This document shows, one piece after another, positions 25,005 to 33,910 of a DNA stretch of 64,000 nucleotides. Where the stretch lies: positions 11,788 through 75,787 of the forward strand of contig DASPNP010000075.1 in the NCBI GenBank assembly GCA_035626475.1. Direction: 5' to 3'. The notes beneath the pieces are model-generated. The model saw nothing but the letters and a program-made list of their open reading frames with translations. It was not told where the DNA came from and searched no databases. The stretch is from Azospirillaceae bacterium (lineage in GTDB: Bacteria > Pseudomonadota > Alphaproteobacteria > Azospirillales > Azospirillaceae). The first letter of the stretch is position 1. The number at the start of each line of letters is the position of its first letter. Both the position numbers and the translations under genes were made by a program.

Positions 25005-26615
25005 TTAGTGCCCCCCGGCACCGGGGCCCCCACCAGGCCCGCCCGCCGCGCGCGGCTTGCGCACCAGCGGCATGGTCAGCAGCGTCACCACGAACAGCGC
25101 CCCCATCAGCAGGAACAGGTCGGAGAATGTCATGACCACCGCCTCGCGCCTGACGGTGCCGGCCATGAGCTTCAGCGCCGCAGCCTGGGCGTCCGATCCC
25201 AGCGCGCCCTGCAGGCTGGCGGCGAGGTTCTCCAGGTGTCCCGCCATGACGGGACGGGTCAGATCCACCCATTCCGACAGGCGTTGGGTGTGCAGGGCCA
25301 GCCGCTCGGTGATGATCGTGTTGATGCCCGCCAGCCCGAAAGCGCCGCCCAGGTTGCGCATCAGGTTGAACAGGCCGGAGGCGTTCTTCAGCTGGTCCGG
25401 CGACAGCGTGCCCAGCGCCAGCGAGGTGATGGGGATGATGCAGAACATCAGCCCGAAGCCGCGCACCATCTGCGGCAGCATCCACTCCGCCTTGTCCCAG
25501 TCGGCCGTCACGCCCAGCGTCAGCAGGAAGCTGGTCGCCAGCAGCGCCAGGCCGATGGAGATGACGATGCGCACGTCGATCTTGTTCGACAGCACGCCGG
25601 CGAACGGCGCCGCCAGGAACTGGCAGATGCCCGTCACCATCATGACCTGCCCGATCTGCAGGCTGTTCAGCTCGCGTACCTGCCCCAGGAACAGCGGCAG
25701 CACATAGACCGAGCCGTAGAGGCCGATGCCGATGATGAAGCCGTAGAGGCAGCCCATGGCGAAGTTGCGGTCGCGCAGCGCCCTGAGGTCGACGATCGGG
25801 TTGGAATGGGTCAGCGCCCGCCACAGGAAGCCGATGCCGGCAATGACGGCAACGACGGCCATGGTGCGGATCTTCTCCTCCTCGAACCAATTGTGCCGCG
25901 CGCCCTCCTCGATGACATATTCCAGGCTGCCCAGGAACAGGGCCATCAGCGCCAGCCCGCCCAGGTCGATGCCCTTCAGCAGGCTCCAGTCCGGCCGGTC
26001 CAGGTCCATGAGCGTCCACACGGCGCCGGCCACCAGCAGGCCCGGCACGATGTTGACCAGGAACAGCCAGTGCCAGGAGAAGCTGGCCGTCAGCCAGCCG
26101 CCCAGGGTCGGGCCGATGGTCGGCGCCAGCGTCGCCACCAGCCCGATGATGACGGTCACGCCGGTTCGGTTGCGCGGCGGGAAAGCGGTGAAGGTGGTCG
26201 CGAACACCGTGGGGATCATGGCGCCGCCCAGGAAGCCCTGGAGCGCGCGGTAGAAGACCAGGCTCTCGATGCTGCCGGCATAGGCGCAGGCGAGGCTCAT
26301 GGCGGTGAAGCCCAGCGCCGAGGCGGTGAAGAGGATGCGGGTGGAGAGCAGCCGGGACAGGTAGCCCGACAGCGGGATCATCACCACCTCGGCGATGAGA
26401 TAGGCGGTCTGGACCCAGACGATCTCGTCGGCGCTGGCCGAGACGCCGGCCTGGATCTCCGCCAGCGACGCCGAGACGATCTGGATGTCCAGGATCGCCA
26501 TGAACATCCCGAACACCATGGCGACGAAGCCCACCTTGGTGCGCCAGCCGACCCGGCCCTCGGCCGGGGGCGGCGCCGGCGCGGCGCCGACCTGGTCGAG
26601 GGTGGCGTCGGTCAC
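25005..26615 (-). CDS. emrB: DHA2-family MFS multidrug efflux permease (EmrB/QacA type, 14-TMS)
   Basis: 536 aa. ...FVAMVFGMFMAILDIQIVSASLAEIQAGVSASADEIVWVQTAYLIAEVVMIPLSGYLSR... with many hydrophobic segments. Confidence 0.9.
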   Translation of the reverse strand: MTDATLDQVGAAPAPPPAEGRVGWRTKVGFVAMVFGMFMAILDIQIVSASLAEIQAGVSASADEIVWVQTAYLIAEVVMIPLSGYLSRLLSTRILFTASALGFTAMSLACAYAGSIESLVFYRALQGFLGGAMIPTVFATTFTAFPPRNRTGVTVIIGLVATLAPTIGPTLGGWLTASFSWHWLFLVNIVPGLLVAGAVWTLMDLDRPDWSLLKGIDLGGLALMALFLGSLEYVIEEGARHNWFEEEKIRTMAVVAVIAGIGFLWRALTHSNPIVDLRALRDRNFAMGCLYGFIIGIGLYGSVYVLPLFLGQVRELNSLQIGQVMMVTGICQFLAAPFAGVLSNKIDVRIVISIGLALLATSFLLTLGVTADWDKAEWMLPQMVRGFGLMFCIIPITSLALGTLSPDQLKNASGLFNLMRNLGGAFGLAGINTIITERLALHTQRLSEWVDLTRPVMAGHLENLAASLQGALGSDAQAAALKLMAGTVRREAVVMTFSDLFLLMGALFVVTLLTMPLVRKPRAAGGPGGGPGAGGH

Positions 26616-27712
26616 TTCGCGGCCCCCGCCGGGCGCGCGGCGAGCTGGGCGGCGTCGCCGCCGGGCAGCTCGGCCAAGCCGCGCACGCCCTCGTCGCGCG
26701 TATCCACCGTCACCACGGCCGACAGGCCCGGGCGCAGCAGGCCGGCCAGCGGGCCTTCCTGCGGCAGCGCGATGCGCACCGGCACGCGCTGCACGATCTT
26801 GGTGAAGTTGCCGGTGGCGTTCTCCGGCGGCAGCAGGCTGAACTGGGCGCCACTGGCGGGCGAGACGCTTTCCACCCGCCCCTCGATCTCGACGTCCGGA
26901 TAGGCGTCCACTGTCAGGATCGCCTTCTGCCCGACGCGCAGCCGCCGCAGCTGCGTCTCCTTGAAGTTGGCGGTGACGTAGCTCTGGGCCACCGGCACCA
27001 GCGACATCAGCTGCGTGCCCGGCCGCACCAGCTGCCCGACCCGGGCGCCGGAATTGCCGACAACCCCGTCGATCGGCGCGCGGATGACCGTCTTCTCCAG
27101 GTCGCTGGCGGCCAGCTCGGCGGCGGCGCGGGCTTGGCGGATGGCGGCATCCTGCTGGCCGCGCTGGGTTTCCAGCACGCCGATCTGGTCCTGCTCCGCC
27201 GCCAGCGCGGCTTCCGCCCGGCGCAGCGCGGCGGTCGCCTTCTCGGCATCGGCGCGGGCGGTGGCGAGGCGCTGCTGGCTGACGAAGTCGCGGCTGGCAA
27301 GCTGGCCATAGCGGGTGAGATCGGCAGTGGCGCGAGTCAGCTCGGCCCGGGCCGACGCCACGTCAGCCTCCGCCTTGCGGATCAGGGAGTGCGCCAGCTG
27401 CAGGCGGCTCTCGATGTTGGCGATGGCCGCCTCCTGCACCGCCAGCTGGGCGGCGGCCTGCTCGGCCCGGGCGCGGAAGTCACGATCGTCGATGGTCAGC
27501 AGCAGGTCGCCGGTGCGGACCCGCTGGTTGTCGGCCACCGAGACGGCGGCGACATAGCCCTCGATCCGCGGGCTGATGACCGAGATGTCCGCCTCGACAT
27601 AGGCATTGTCGGTGCTCTGCCGGTGGCGCGCCACGGACCACCAGTGCCAGGCGCCGTAGATTGCGGCCAGCAGCAGGACGGGGAGCAGGACGAGGCCGAC
27701 CTTCTTCTTCAT
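26612..27712 (-). CDS. emrA: HlyD-family membrane fusion protein (EmrA type)
   Basis: N-terminal TM MKKKVGLVLLPVLLLAAIYGAWHWW. YVEADISVISPRIEGYVAAVSVADNQRVRTGDLLLTIDD. Long coiled-coil. ATGA overlap with emrB. Confidence 0.9.
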   Translation of the reverse strand: MKKKVGLVLLPVLLLAAIYGAWHWWSVARHRQSTDNAYVEADISVISPRIEGYVAAVSVADNQRVRTGDLLLTIDDRDFRARAEQAAAQLAVQEAAIANIESRLQLAHSLIRKAEADVASARAELTRATADLTRYGQLASRDFVSQQRLATARADAEKATAALRRAEAALAAEQDQIGVLETQRGQQDAAIRQARAAAELAASDLEKTVIRAPIDGVVGNSGARVGQLVRPGTQLMSLVPVAQSYVTANFKETQLRRLRVGQKAILTVDAYPDVEIEGRVESVSPASGAQFSLLPPENATGNFTKIVQRVPVRIALPQEGPLAGLLRPGLSAVVTVDTRDEGVRGLAELPGGDAAQLAARPAGAAK

Positions 27713-27740
27713 GGGACGGGTTCCCGGGCAGGATTATCAA

Positions 27741-27755
27741 ACTGGACGGTCCAGT
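27741..27755. promoter_or_regulatory. perfect palindrome ACTGGAC-G-GTCCAGT upstream of emrA (candidate TetR operator 1)
   Basis: Read directly at 27741-27755, 29 nt upstream of the emrA start codon, inside a locally AT-richer stretch (GGATTATCAAACTGGACGGTCCAGTATCTG). Confidence 0.4.
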
Positions 27756-27799
27756 ATCTGCCCGGAGGATGCGCCCGCCCCGACCTGGGGTCAATCCGG

Positions 27800-27818
27800 A
27801 TACTGGACTCACCAGTAT
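27800..27818. promoter_or_regulatory. palindrome ATACTGG-N5-CCAGTAT (candidate TetR operator 2)
   Basis: Read directly at 27800-27818. Shares the ACTGGAC / CCAGTAT half-sites with operator 1. Flanked by ATCCGG...ATCCGG. Confidence 0.35.
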
Positions 27819-27874
27819 GATAATCCGGCGCGCAGCCATGCGGGGGGAGCATGGACCGCAACCAAGGTTCGTCA

Positions 27875-27955
27875 GACGAGGGGGTCGAGAGGTGCACCCC
27901 CTACTCGTCACCCCGGCGTTTGCGCAGCTGGCGCGTAGCGCCAATGCCGGGATGA
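27875..27955. repeat. double-hairpin intergenic palindromic element (REP-like, single copy in window)
   Basis: GACGAGGGGGT...ACCCCCTACTCGTC (27875-27909), followed by TCACCCCGGCG-N26-TGCCGGGATGA (27908-27955). Confidence 0.4.
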
Positions 27956-28012
27956 CGGTTGCTGGATTGGGCCAACGTCGAGAGCCATCCAGCCAACCTA
28001 ATAGCGCGGCGC

Positions 28013-28678
28013 TCATGCGCCGCGCGCAAGGTCCCGGATCGCCTCGAACTGGTGGATATGCGTGCCGGGCTCCGCCTTGCGCGCAGCCGTCAGCATGGCC
28101 GCCGCCACGATCTCCGCCTTCACCGGCCGGTAGCGCTTCAGCCCGCCCAGCATGAAGGGCGACAGCAGGGGTGCGGCCACCATGCCCAGCCGTTCCGCCG
28201 GCCTGAACTCCGCCCGCTTGCCCAGCAGCAGGGAGGGGCGGAACAGGTGCAGCGAGGGGAAGCCCAGGGCGCGCAGCCCCTCCTCCATCTCCCCCTTGGT
28301 GGCGAGGTAGAAGTTCTTCGACCCGGCCTCCGCGTCCACCGAGGAGACGACGCAGAACGCCTCGGTGCCCGCCTCCCGCGCGGCGCGGGCGAAGGCCAGG
28401 ACGTGATCATGGTCTACCCGGCGGAAGGCCTCCTTGCTGCCGGCCTTGGCGATGGTGGTGCCCAGGCAGCAGAAGGCGGCCCGCGGCTTCAGGTCCGGCA
28501 GCAGCCGCAGCCGGTCGAAATCGGTCTTGAAGGCGCGCAATTTGCCCCGCGCCGGCGGCCCCGCCTTGCGCACCAGGCTGACGGCCATCCCGACATCGGG
28601 CGCCCGCTCGAGAAGGGAGGATAGGTGCCCGCCGACGAGCCCCGTCCCGCCGGCCACCAGGGCCGTCCAAGGCTGCAT
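28013..28678 (-). CDS. NAD(P)H-binding (atypical SDR / HTATIP2-like) oxidoreductase
   Basis: MQPWTALVAGGTGLVGGHLSSLL (Rossmann GxxGxxG)...FCCLGTTIAKAGSKEAFRRVDHDHVLAFARAAREAG...FYLATKGEME. ATG 28678 within ORF 28013..28717. Confidence 0.75.
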   Translation of the reverse strand: MQPWTALVAGGTGLVGGHLSSLLERAPDVGMAVSLVRKAGPPARGKLRAFKTDFDRLRLLPDLKPRAAFCCLGTTIAKAGSKEAFRRVDHDHVLAFARAAREAGTEAFCVVSSVDAEAGSKNFYLATKGEMEEGLRALGFPSLHLFRPSLLLGKRAEFRPAERLGMVAAPLLSPFMLGGLKRYRPVKAEIVAAAMLTAARKAEPGTHIHQFEAIRDLARGA

Positions 28679-28833
28679 CGCTCTTCTCCCGTCCACCATG
28701 TCACGCCCCCGGATCATAGACCGGCACCCGAACCGATCCAGCGCGAACTTGCGGGAACCTATGGAGCATTTATGCTACTGAAGCGCGCATACGACCGGAG
28801 CGGAGAGTTGCCGTGGCGAAGTGAGGCTTGGTG

Positions 28834-30468
28834 ATGGTTGGCCTTCTGTCCGTGCTGCTTCCCGGCTGGAGCGCGGCGGATGAGAGGATCAGGGCGACGC
28901 TGACCGTCACGTTGGAGCGGGAGGGGGACCGGCCGGCCTTCCGGATCGAGGGCCGCCTCAACCGTCCGACGGCCGCGTTCCATTTCGATCTTCCGCCCGC
29001 GCTGCACGATGCCGTCGACTGGCAGGTGGCGGAACCGGGCCTGCGCCTCGCCGGTGCCATGCTCTTGCGCGATGACGGGCGGCCGCTGGAAAGCTTTGCG
29101 ATTCTGGTGCGCGCCGATCGCCGGCGCATCGACCGGCAGTACCCGCTCGCCATCGCGGTGGGCAGCCGGGGGCTGCTGCTGCGGCCGTCATTCCTGGCCG
29201 GAGACGCCGCGCAGTTCCGCACCGATATCACGGTCACGGCGGGCGACGGCATGCGGCTGATCGGACGGGCGACCCATGCCGCGGCGGCGCTGGAGCGTCC
29301 CGGCCCCGACCAGGACGCGCGCGTCGCGATCGTGCCGGCCGGGGAGGTGAGGGACGAGGGCTTCGCGCTGTTCGTCACCCCGGCAGATATGGACATGGGG
29401 CTGCGCGCGGAGATAGTCGCGCAAACCCGACGCGTGCTGTCCTTCTACTCGGAACGGCTGGGCCGGGCGCCGGCCGCGCCGCCGGCGATCCTGCTGGGCC
29501 TGGAGGAGCTCGGTCGGGGCGGGCTCCGGGGCGACACCAGCGCCGGACCCATGATGGTCCTGCGGACCGGCGGAAGCTGGGCGGCCTTCGACCCGGGCCA
29601 GTCGGGCCGGCTGCACCGGGTGATCGCCCACGAGGCCTTCCACTTCTGGAACGCTGAGCTGATCCGGCCGCAGGGGCAGCCGCACCATCCCTGGCTGCAT
29701 GAGGGTGGAGCCGAGTATGCAGCGCTGCTGGCCCTGCTCCATGCTGGCCGGATGGACGGCGCGCAGGCCCGGTCCATGCTCGAGGACGCCTTGGACGACT
29801 GCGCCGACCAGCTCGGCGCGCGCGCCCTCCAGGCCGGTGGCGACGCGGCGCGGGGCCGGACGCCCTATGCCTGCGGCACGGCGCTGCACTGGATGGCCGA
29901 TCTGGCGCTCCGGCGGCGGGGCGGCGGCGTGCTCGACGTTTGGCGGGAGATGATCGCCGATGGCGGCGCCGACTACGGGCCGGACGATTTCCTGCGCCGT
30001 GCCTTCCCCGGCGAGATGCCGGCCGCCGCGCGCATCGTCCTCGTTGGCGAGGGGACGGAGCGCTGGGCGGCGCTGCCCGGCGCGCTCGCCGGCCTGGGCG
30101 CCGAGGTGGCGGTGGGGCCACCGCGTCCGGAGAAGCAGACCGCACGGATGCTGATGCATCTGCTCCAAGCCAGCTGCGGCAAGGGCCCGTTCGGCTTCTG
30201 GACCCGCCAGGGCCGGCTGGACCTCGACACGAACGAATCATGCGGGCCGTTGTCCGGCGGCCCCGGCATCGACCGGGCGGAAGGACATCCCCTGCCCGCC
30301 GGAGCGGCGGATGCCTATGCCGCCGCGTCCCGGAAATGCGCCGCGGGCCAGCCGGTCAGCCTGGGCGTGGCGGGGTCGACCAGGACCATCGAGGCGCCCT
30401 GCCCCAAGCCCCTGCCGGCGGCACCCGGCACCTTCCGGATCGTCAGGGGTGGACCGCCCTTCTCCTGA
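28834..30468 (+). CDS. M1-like gluzincin metallopeptidase, secreted
   Basis: VIAHEAFHFWNAELIRPQGQPHHPWLHEGGAEYAAL has HExxH plus a downstream WLxEGxAxY block, as in the aminopeptidase-N clan. N-terminal MVGLLSVLLPGWSAA. ATG 28834 (the track start 28828 is TTG). Confidence 0.7.
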   Translation: MVGLLSVLLPGWSAADERIRATLTVTLEREGDRPAFRIEGRLNRPTAAFHFDLPPALHDAVDWQVAEPGLRLAGAMLLRDDGRPLESFAILVRADRRRIDRQYPLAIAVGSRGLLLRPSFLAGDAAQFRTDITVTAGDGMRLIGRATHAAAALERPGPDQDARVAIVPAGEVRDEGFALFVTPADMDMGLRAEIVAQTRRVLSFYSERLGRAPAAPPAILLGLEELGRGGLRGDTSAGPMMVLRTGGSWAAFDPGQSGRLHRVIAHEAFHFWNAELIRPQGQPHHPWLHEGGAEYAALLALLHAGRMDGAQARSMLEDALDDCADQLGARALQAGGDAARGRTPYACGTALHWMADLALRRRGGGVLDVWREMIADGGADYGPDDFLRRAFPGEMPAAARIVLVGEGTERWAALPGALAGLGAEVAVGPPRPEKQTARMLMHLLQASCGKGPFGFWTRQGRLDLDTNESCGPLSGGPGIDRAEGHPLPAGAADAYAAASRKCAAGQPVSLGVAGSTRTIEAPCPKPLPAAPGTFRIVRGGPPFS

Positions 30469-30471
30469 GGC

Positions 30472-31062
30472 TCAGTCGAAATCCTTCGCCAGCTCGGCGC
30501 GCACGGCCTCGGGCAGGACGGTCATGTGGGCGTAGTTCTCGTGGCCGATGCCCAGGATCACGCGGGTGCCGGGCTGGGCGAAGGCGGCTTTCTGCTGGGC
30601 GGTGAAGGGGAAGTGGGCGAACTGGACGGAGGAGGCCTTGCCCGAGGCGCTGGTGCGGTCGACGTCCGCCTCCGGCACCGCCTGGACGCGGGAGCCGTCG
30701 GCGAACTCCAGGTAGAAGGTGTCCTCCACCCCGCCCAGCCGGTTCAGCAAATTCTTGCGCCGCACCGGGTCGTCGATCTCGAACATGATGGTGGCGACCA
30801 GTTCGGCGCCCTGCGGGATCAGCGGGTTGTAGGCGCCGAGTTCGTCCGCGATCTGGCCCTCGCCGCCGCGTTCGATGAACAGCATCTCGTGCACCTGCGA
30901 CCACATCGTGTCGTAGTTCTCGAAGTAGAAGGTCGCGTAGGGGCCGACGGGGACGCGGCGGTTGCGCTTCACCTCGACCAGCGCCTTGCGCCTCTCCGCC
31001 CGGACCTTGGCGTACTCGGCCATGGGCATGATGTCGTCGCGGGTGATCTGTCGCTTCATCAT
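30472..31062 (-). CDS. DUF3501-family protein
   Basis: MMKRQITRDDIMPMAEYAKVRAERRKALVEVKRNRRVPVGPYATFYFENYDTMWSQVHEMLFIERGGE...LVATIMFEIDD. GAGGAAACC SD. Confidence 0.8.
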   Translation of the reverse strand: MMKRQITRDDIMPMAEYAKVRAERRKALVEVKRNRRVPVGPYATFYFENYDTMWSQVHEMLFIERGGEGQIADELGAYNPLIPQGAELVATIMFEIDDPVRRKNLLNRLGGVEDTFYLEFADGSRVQAVPEADVDRTSASGKASSVQFAHFPFTAQQKAAFAQPGTRVILGIGHENYAHMTVLPEAVRAELAKDFD

Positions 31063-31102
31063 GGTTTCCTCAAGCGGGGTGCTTTGCGGGACCGGTTGTT
31101 GG

Positions 31103-31318
31103 GCGGCGTTGGTGCCGTGCGTGCTTCGACAGGCTCAGCATGAGGGGTGTATTGCTGCTCCCGGCCATGGGCAGTGTCGAAGTTGTGCGTCCTTCGACAG
31201 TTTCAGGATGAGAACCTTCCTGCTGCTCCCGGTAGCCTGGAAACAGGAGTGCCTAGCGTCTCCCTTCCCTCATCCTGAGCCTGTCGAAGGACGCAGCACG
31301 TCCCAGCCCCTCCCAGCC
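31103..31318. repeat. intergenic long-hairpin repeat, family A, copy 2 (composite with two left-arm units)
   Basis: GTGCGTGCTTCGACAGGCTCAGCATGAGGGG (31117-31146), a second arm GTGCGTCCTTCGACAGTTTCAGGATGAG (31185-31212), and the right arm CCCTCATCCTGAGCCTGTCGAAGGACGCAGCAC (31268-31300). TGCTGCTCCCGG occurs twice. Confidence 0.85.
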
Positions 31319-31323
31319 GGCGT

Positions 31324-32691
31324 CTAGAGCCCATACGCCCGTGCCAGGATCTGGATCGGGTGCAGCTGCTCGTGGTTGGCGGCGGCGGCCGGGTCGGTGC
31401 GCTCAATGCCCTGGCGGATATGCTCGCCGGCCAGCGGGCACTCGGACGCCACGTAGCGCTTCTGGTTCTTGATGGCCGCGTTGAAGACCGGCTTGCCCAC
31501 CTTCATCGCCACGTCGAAATTGCCCTTCATCACGCCCCAGCTGCCGCCATGGCCGGAGCAGCGCTCCACCACCTTGAGGTCGGCCACCTTGGCGCCCTCG
31601 GGCGGCGGGATCAGGCGCAGCAGCTCGGCCGCCTTCTGGCCCATGTTCTGGGCCCGGGCGTGGCAGGCGATGTGGACCGTGACGCCGCCGTCCAGCGGCC
31701 TCAGGCCCGGCGCCAGCCCCTCTTTCTTCGCGATGTCGACGATGTACTCGGACGCGTCGAAGGTGGCGGCCGACAGCTTCTCGACCAGCGGATAGTCGGG
31801 GCTGTCCTGCGGCACCAGCAGCTTCCACTCGAACTTCAGCATCAGCGCGCAGGAGGGGACCAGCGCGATGACGTCGTAGCCCCTGTCGATCCAGTCGGAC
31901 AGGCCACGGGCCACGGTGCCGGCGCTCTCCACCACCCGCTCGATGCGGCCCTGCTCCAGCTGCGGCATGCCGCAGCAGCCGGGATAGACCACCTCGGTCT
32001 CGACGCCGTTATGGGCCAGGATGGCGCGGGCAGCGGTGCCGATGTCCGGGTCGTTGTAGTTGACGAAGCAGGTGGCGTAGAGCACCGCCTTGCGGCCATA
32101 GGCCGGCGCGGCGCGGTTCACCTCGGGCACGTCGGACTTGGCGCGCAGGGCGAAGGTCTTGCCGTGGAACTTGGGCAGCACCGCCTGGCGGTCGATGCCG
32201 GCGGCCTTCTCCATCAGCGGGCGGGTCAGGCCGTTGCCGGTGTCCGTCGCCCAGTTGGCGACCGGCGCGGCGATGGCGGCCAGCCGGCCGTTGCGGTCGG
32301 TCTCTGTCAGCTGCCTGGCCGTGAAGGGCACGCCCTGCTTCCTGGCCTCTACCGCCCGGTAGCGCAGCATCAGGTGGGGGAAGTCCAGGTTGAACTCGTG
32401 CGGCGGCACGTAGGGGCACTTGGTCATGTAGCACATGTCGCAGAGCGTGCAGGCGTCCACGACCGGCTTGAAATCGGCCGACTTCACCTCGTCCAGCTCG
32501 CCCGTCGGCGAGGCGTCCACGAGGTCGAAGAGGCGGGGGAAACTGTCGCAGAGGTTGAAGCAGCGGCGGCAGCCATGGCAGATGTCGAAGATGCGGCGCA
32601 TCTCCGCGTCCAGCTTGGCCTCGTCCTGGAAGTCGGGGTTCCGCCAGTCCACGGGATGGCGGGTGGGGGCCTCGAGACTGCCTTCGCGCAT
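31324..32691 (-). CDS. (Fe-S)-binding protein with CCG domains (heterodisulfide reductase HdrD / GlpC-like)
   Basis: Two ferredoxin-type motifs, [15 protein letters not shown] and [15 protein letters not shown]-terminal halves carry cysteine-rich CCG-like blocks (VYPGCCGMP..., [11 protein letters not shown]...ERCSGHGG). Confidence 0.85.
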   Translation of the reverse strand: MREGSLEAPTRHPVDWRNPDFQDEAKLDAEMRRIFDICHGCRRCFNLCDSFPRLFDLVDASPTGELDEVKSADFKPVVDACTLCDMCYMTKCPYVPPHEFNLDFPHLMLRYRAVEARKQGVPFTARQLTETDRNGRLAAIAAPVANWATDTGNGLTRPLMEKAAGIDRQAVLPKFHGKTFALRAKSDVPEVNRAAPAYGRKAVLYATCFVNYNDPDIGTAARAILAHNGVETEVVYPGCCGMPQLEQGRIERVVESAGTVARGLSDWIDRGYDVIALVPSCALMLKFEWKLLVPQDSPDYPLVEKLSAATFDASEYIVDIAKKEGLAPGLRPLDGGVTVHIACHARAQNMGQKAAELLRLIPPPEGAKVADLKVVERCSGHGGSWGVMKGNFDVAMKVGKPVFNAAIKNQKRYVASECPLAGEHIRQGIERTDPAAAANHEQLHPIQILARAYGL

Positions 32692-32765
32692 GGGTGCTCA
32701 CCTGGCCTGTATGGCGTCCGGATGGACCGGCCGGGCCCCGCGTTCGGGGCCCGGCCGTGGGCGGA

Positions 32766-33185
32766 TCAGGCGTTCAGCGTGTCCAGCGCCTTCTGGAAGC
32801 GGCCGGCGTGGCTCTTCTCGGCCTTCGCCAGCGTCTCGAACCAGTCGGCGATCTCGTCGAAGCCCTCTTCGCGGGCGGTGCGCGCCATGCCCGGGTACAT
32901 GTCGGTGTACTCGTGCGTCTCGCCGGCGATGGAGGCCTTCAGGTTCAGCTCGGTGGAGCCGATCGGCTCGCCCGTGGCCGGGTCGCCGACCTCCTCCAGG
33001 AACTCCAGATGGCCGTGCGCGTGGCCGGTCTCGCCCTCGGCGGTGGAGCGGAAGACGGCGGCGACGTCGTTGTAGCCCTCGACGTCGGCCTTCTGGGCGA
33101 AATAGAGATAGCGGCGGTTGGCCTGGCTCTCGCCGGCGAAGGCGGCCTTGAGGTTGTCCTCGGTCTTGCTGCCCTTGAGCGACAT
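32766..33185 (-). CDS. rubrerythrin-family diiron protein (no rubredoxin domain)
   Basis: [34 protein letters not shown]...[15 protein letters not shown]...[13 protein letters not shown]...[24 protein letters not shown]. The ORF track extends further 5' without support. Confidence 0.9.
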   Translation of the reverse strand: MSLKGSKTEDNLKAAFAGESQANRRYLYFAQKADVEGYNDVAAVFRSTAEGETGHAHGHLEFLEEVGDPATGEPIGSTELNLKASIAGETHEYTDMYPGMARTAREEGFDEIADWFETLAKAEKSHAGRFQKALDTLNA

Positions 33186-33378
33186 GGCTGATTCCTCCTG
33201 ATCTGCGCACCCCCGTCCCGGTGACGGGAGCGCCGGGAATACCGCCCCGGCCGTCTGCGCGGCCGTGGGAGACAGGAGCCTATGCCACCGCCCCGGGTGC
33301 GTCAACGGGCTGGAGGCGTTCCAAAAAAGCCGCCAGCCAGTTGATATCCATTCGCAAATTGGAGGAGGGAGTCGGCGC

Positions 33379-33798
33379 TCAGACGCTGCCGGCCAGCCGC
33401 ACGATCACGTCGATGCGGGCCACCCGGGTGCCGTCGGGGGCCTGGGGCAGGCCGCTGACCATCAGGCTCTCGCCCGGGATGTCCTGCAGCCGGCCGGATG
33501 CCTCGTGGAAGAAGTGATGGTGGTCGGACGTGTTGGTGTCGAAGTAGGAGCGGCAGGACTCCACCACCACCTCGCGCAGCAGCCCCGCCTCGGTGAACTG
33601 GTGCAGCGTGTTGTAGACGGTCGCCAGCGAGACCTTCATCTCCGCGTCCACCGCCTCGCAGTGCAGCTGCTCGGCCGTCACGTGCCGGTCGCAGCCGTCG
33701 AACAGCAGCTTCGCCAGGGCCAGGCGCTGGCGGGTGGGGCGCAGCCCGGCCCGGCTCAGCCGGTCCAGCGCGTTGGTGAAGGGGCGGTTCATCGTCAT
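33379..33798 (-). CDS. irr: Fur-family regulator of the Irr (iron response regulator) type
   Basis: LRPTRQRLALAKLLFDG.DRHVTAEQLH...VSLATVYNTLHQFTEAGLLREV...FDTNTSDHHHFF (His-rich HHH motif characteristic of Irr). Confidence 0.8.
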   Translation of the reverse strand: MTMNRPFTNALDRLSRAGLRPTRQRLALAKLLFDGCDRHVTAEQLHCEAVDAEMKVSLATVYNTLHQFTEAGLLREVVVESCRSYFDTNTSDHHHFFHEASGRLQDIPGESLMVSGLPQAPDGTRVARIDVIVRLAGSV

Positions 33799-33910
33799 GA
33801 TGGCGATATGGGAACGCGGGCGGCCGGGAAAAGGGGACAAATCTATTTGGACCGATTCCAGGGTATCAGGCAAGCCCTTCGCGGGCGCGCCACCATGATG
33901 GTCACGTCCC

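Noticed and set aside
24889-26903. ORFs 24889..26019 (-) and 24921..26903 (+) over emrB, tetR and emrA
   Set aside because: Shadow ORFs. The emrB frame shows 14 hydrophobic segments and MFS motifs.
25005-27712. emrAB as the missing exporter for the RTX protein
   Set aside because: EmrB is an MFS (DHA2) permease, not an ABC transporter, and there is no TolC-like gene. RTX export needs a type I ABC/MFP/OMP system.
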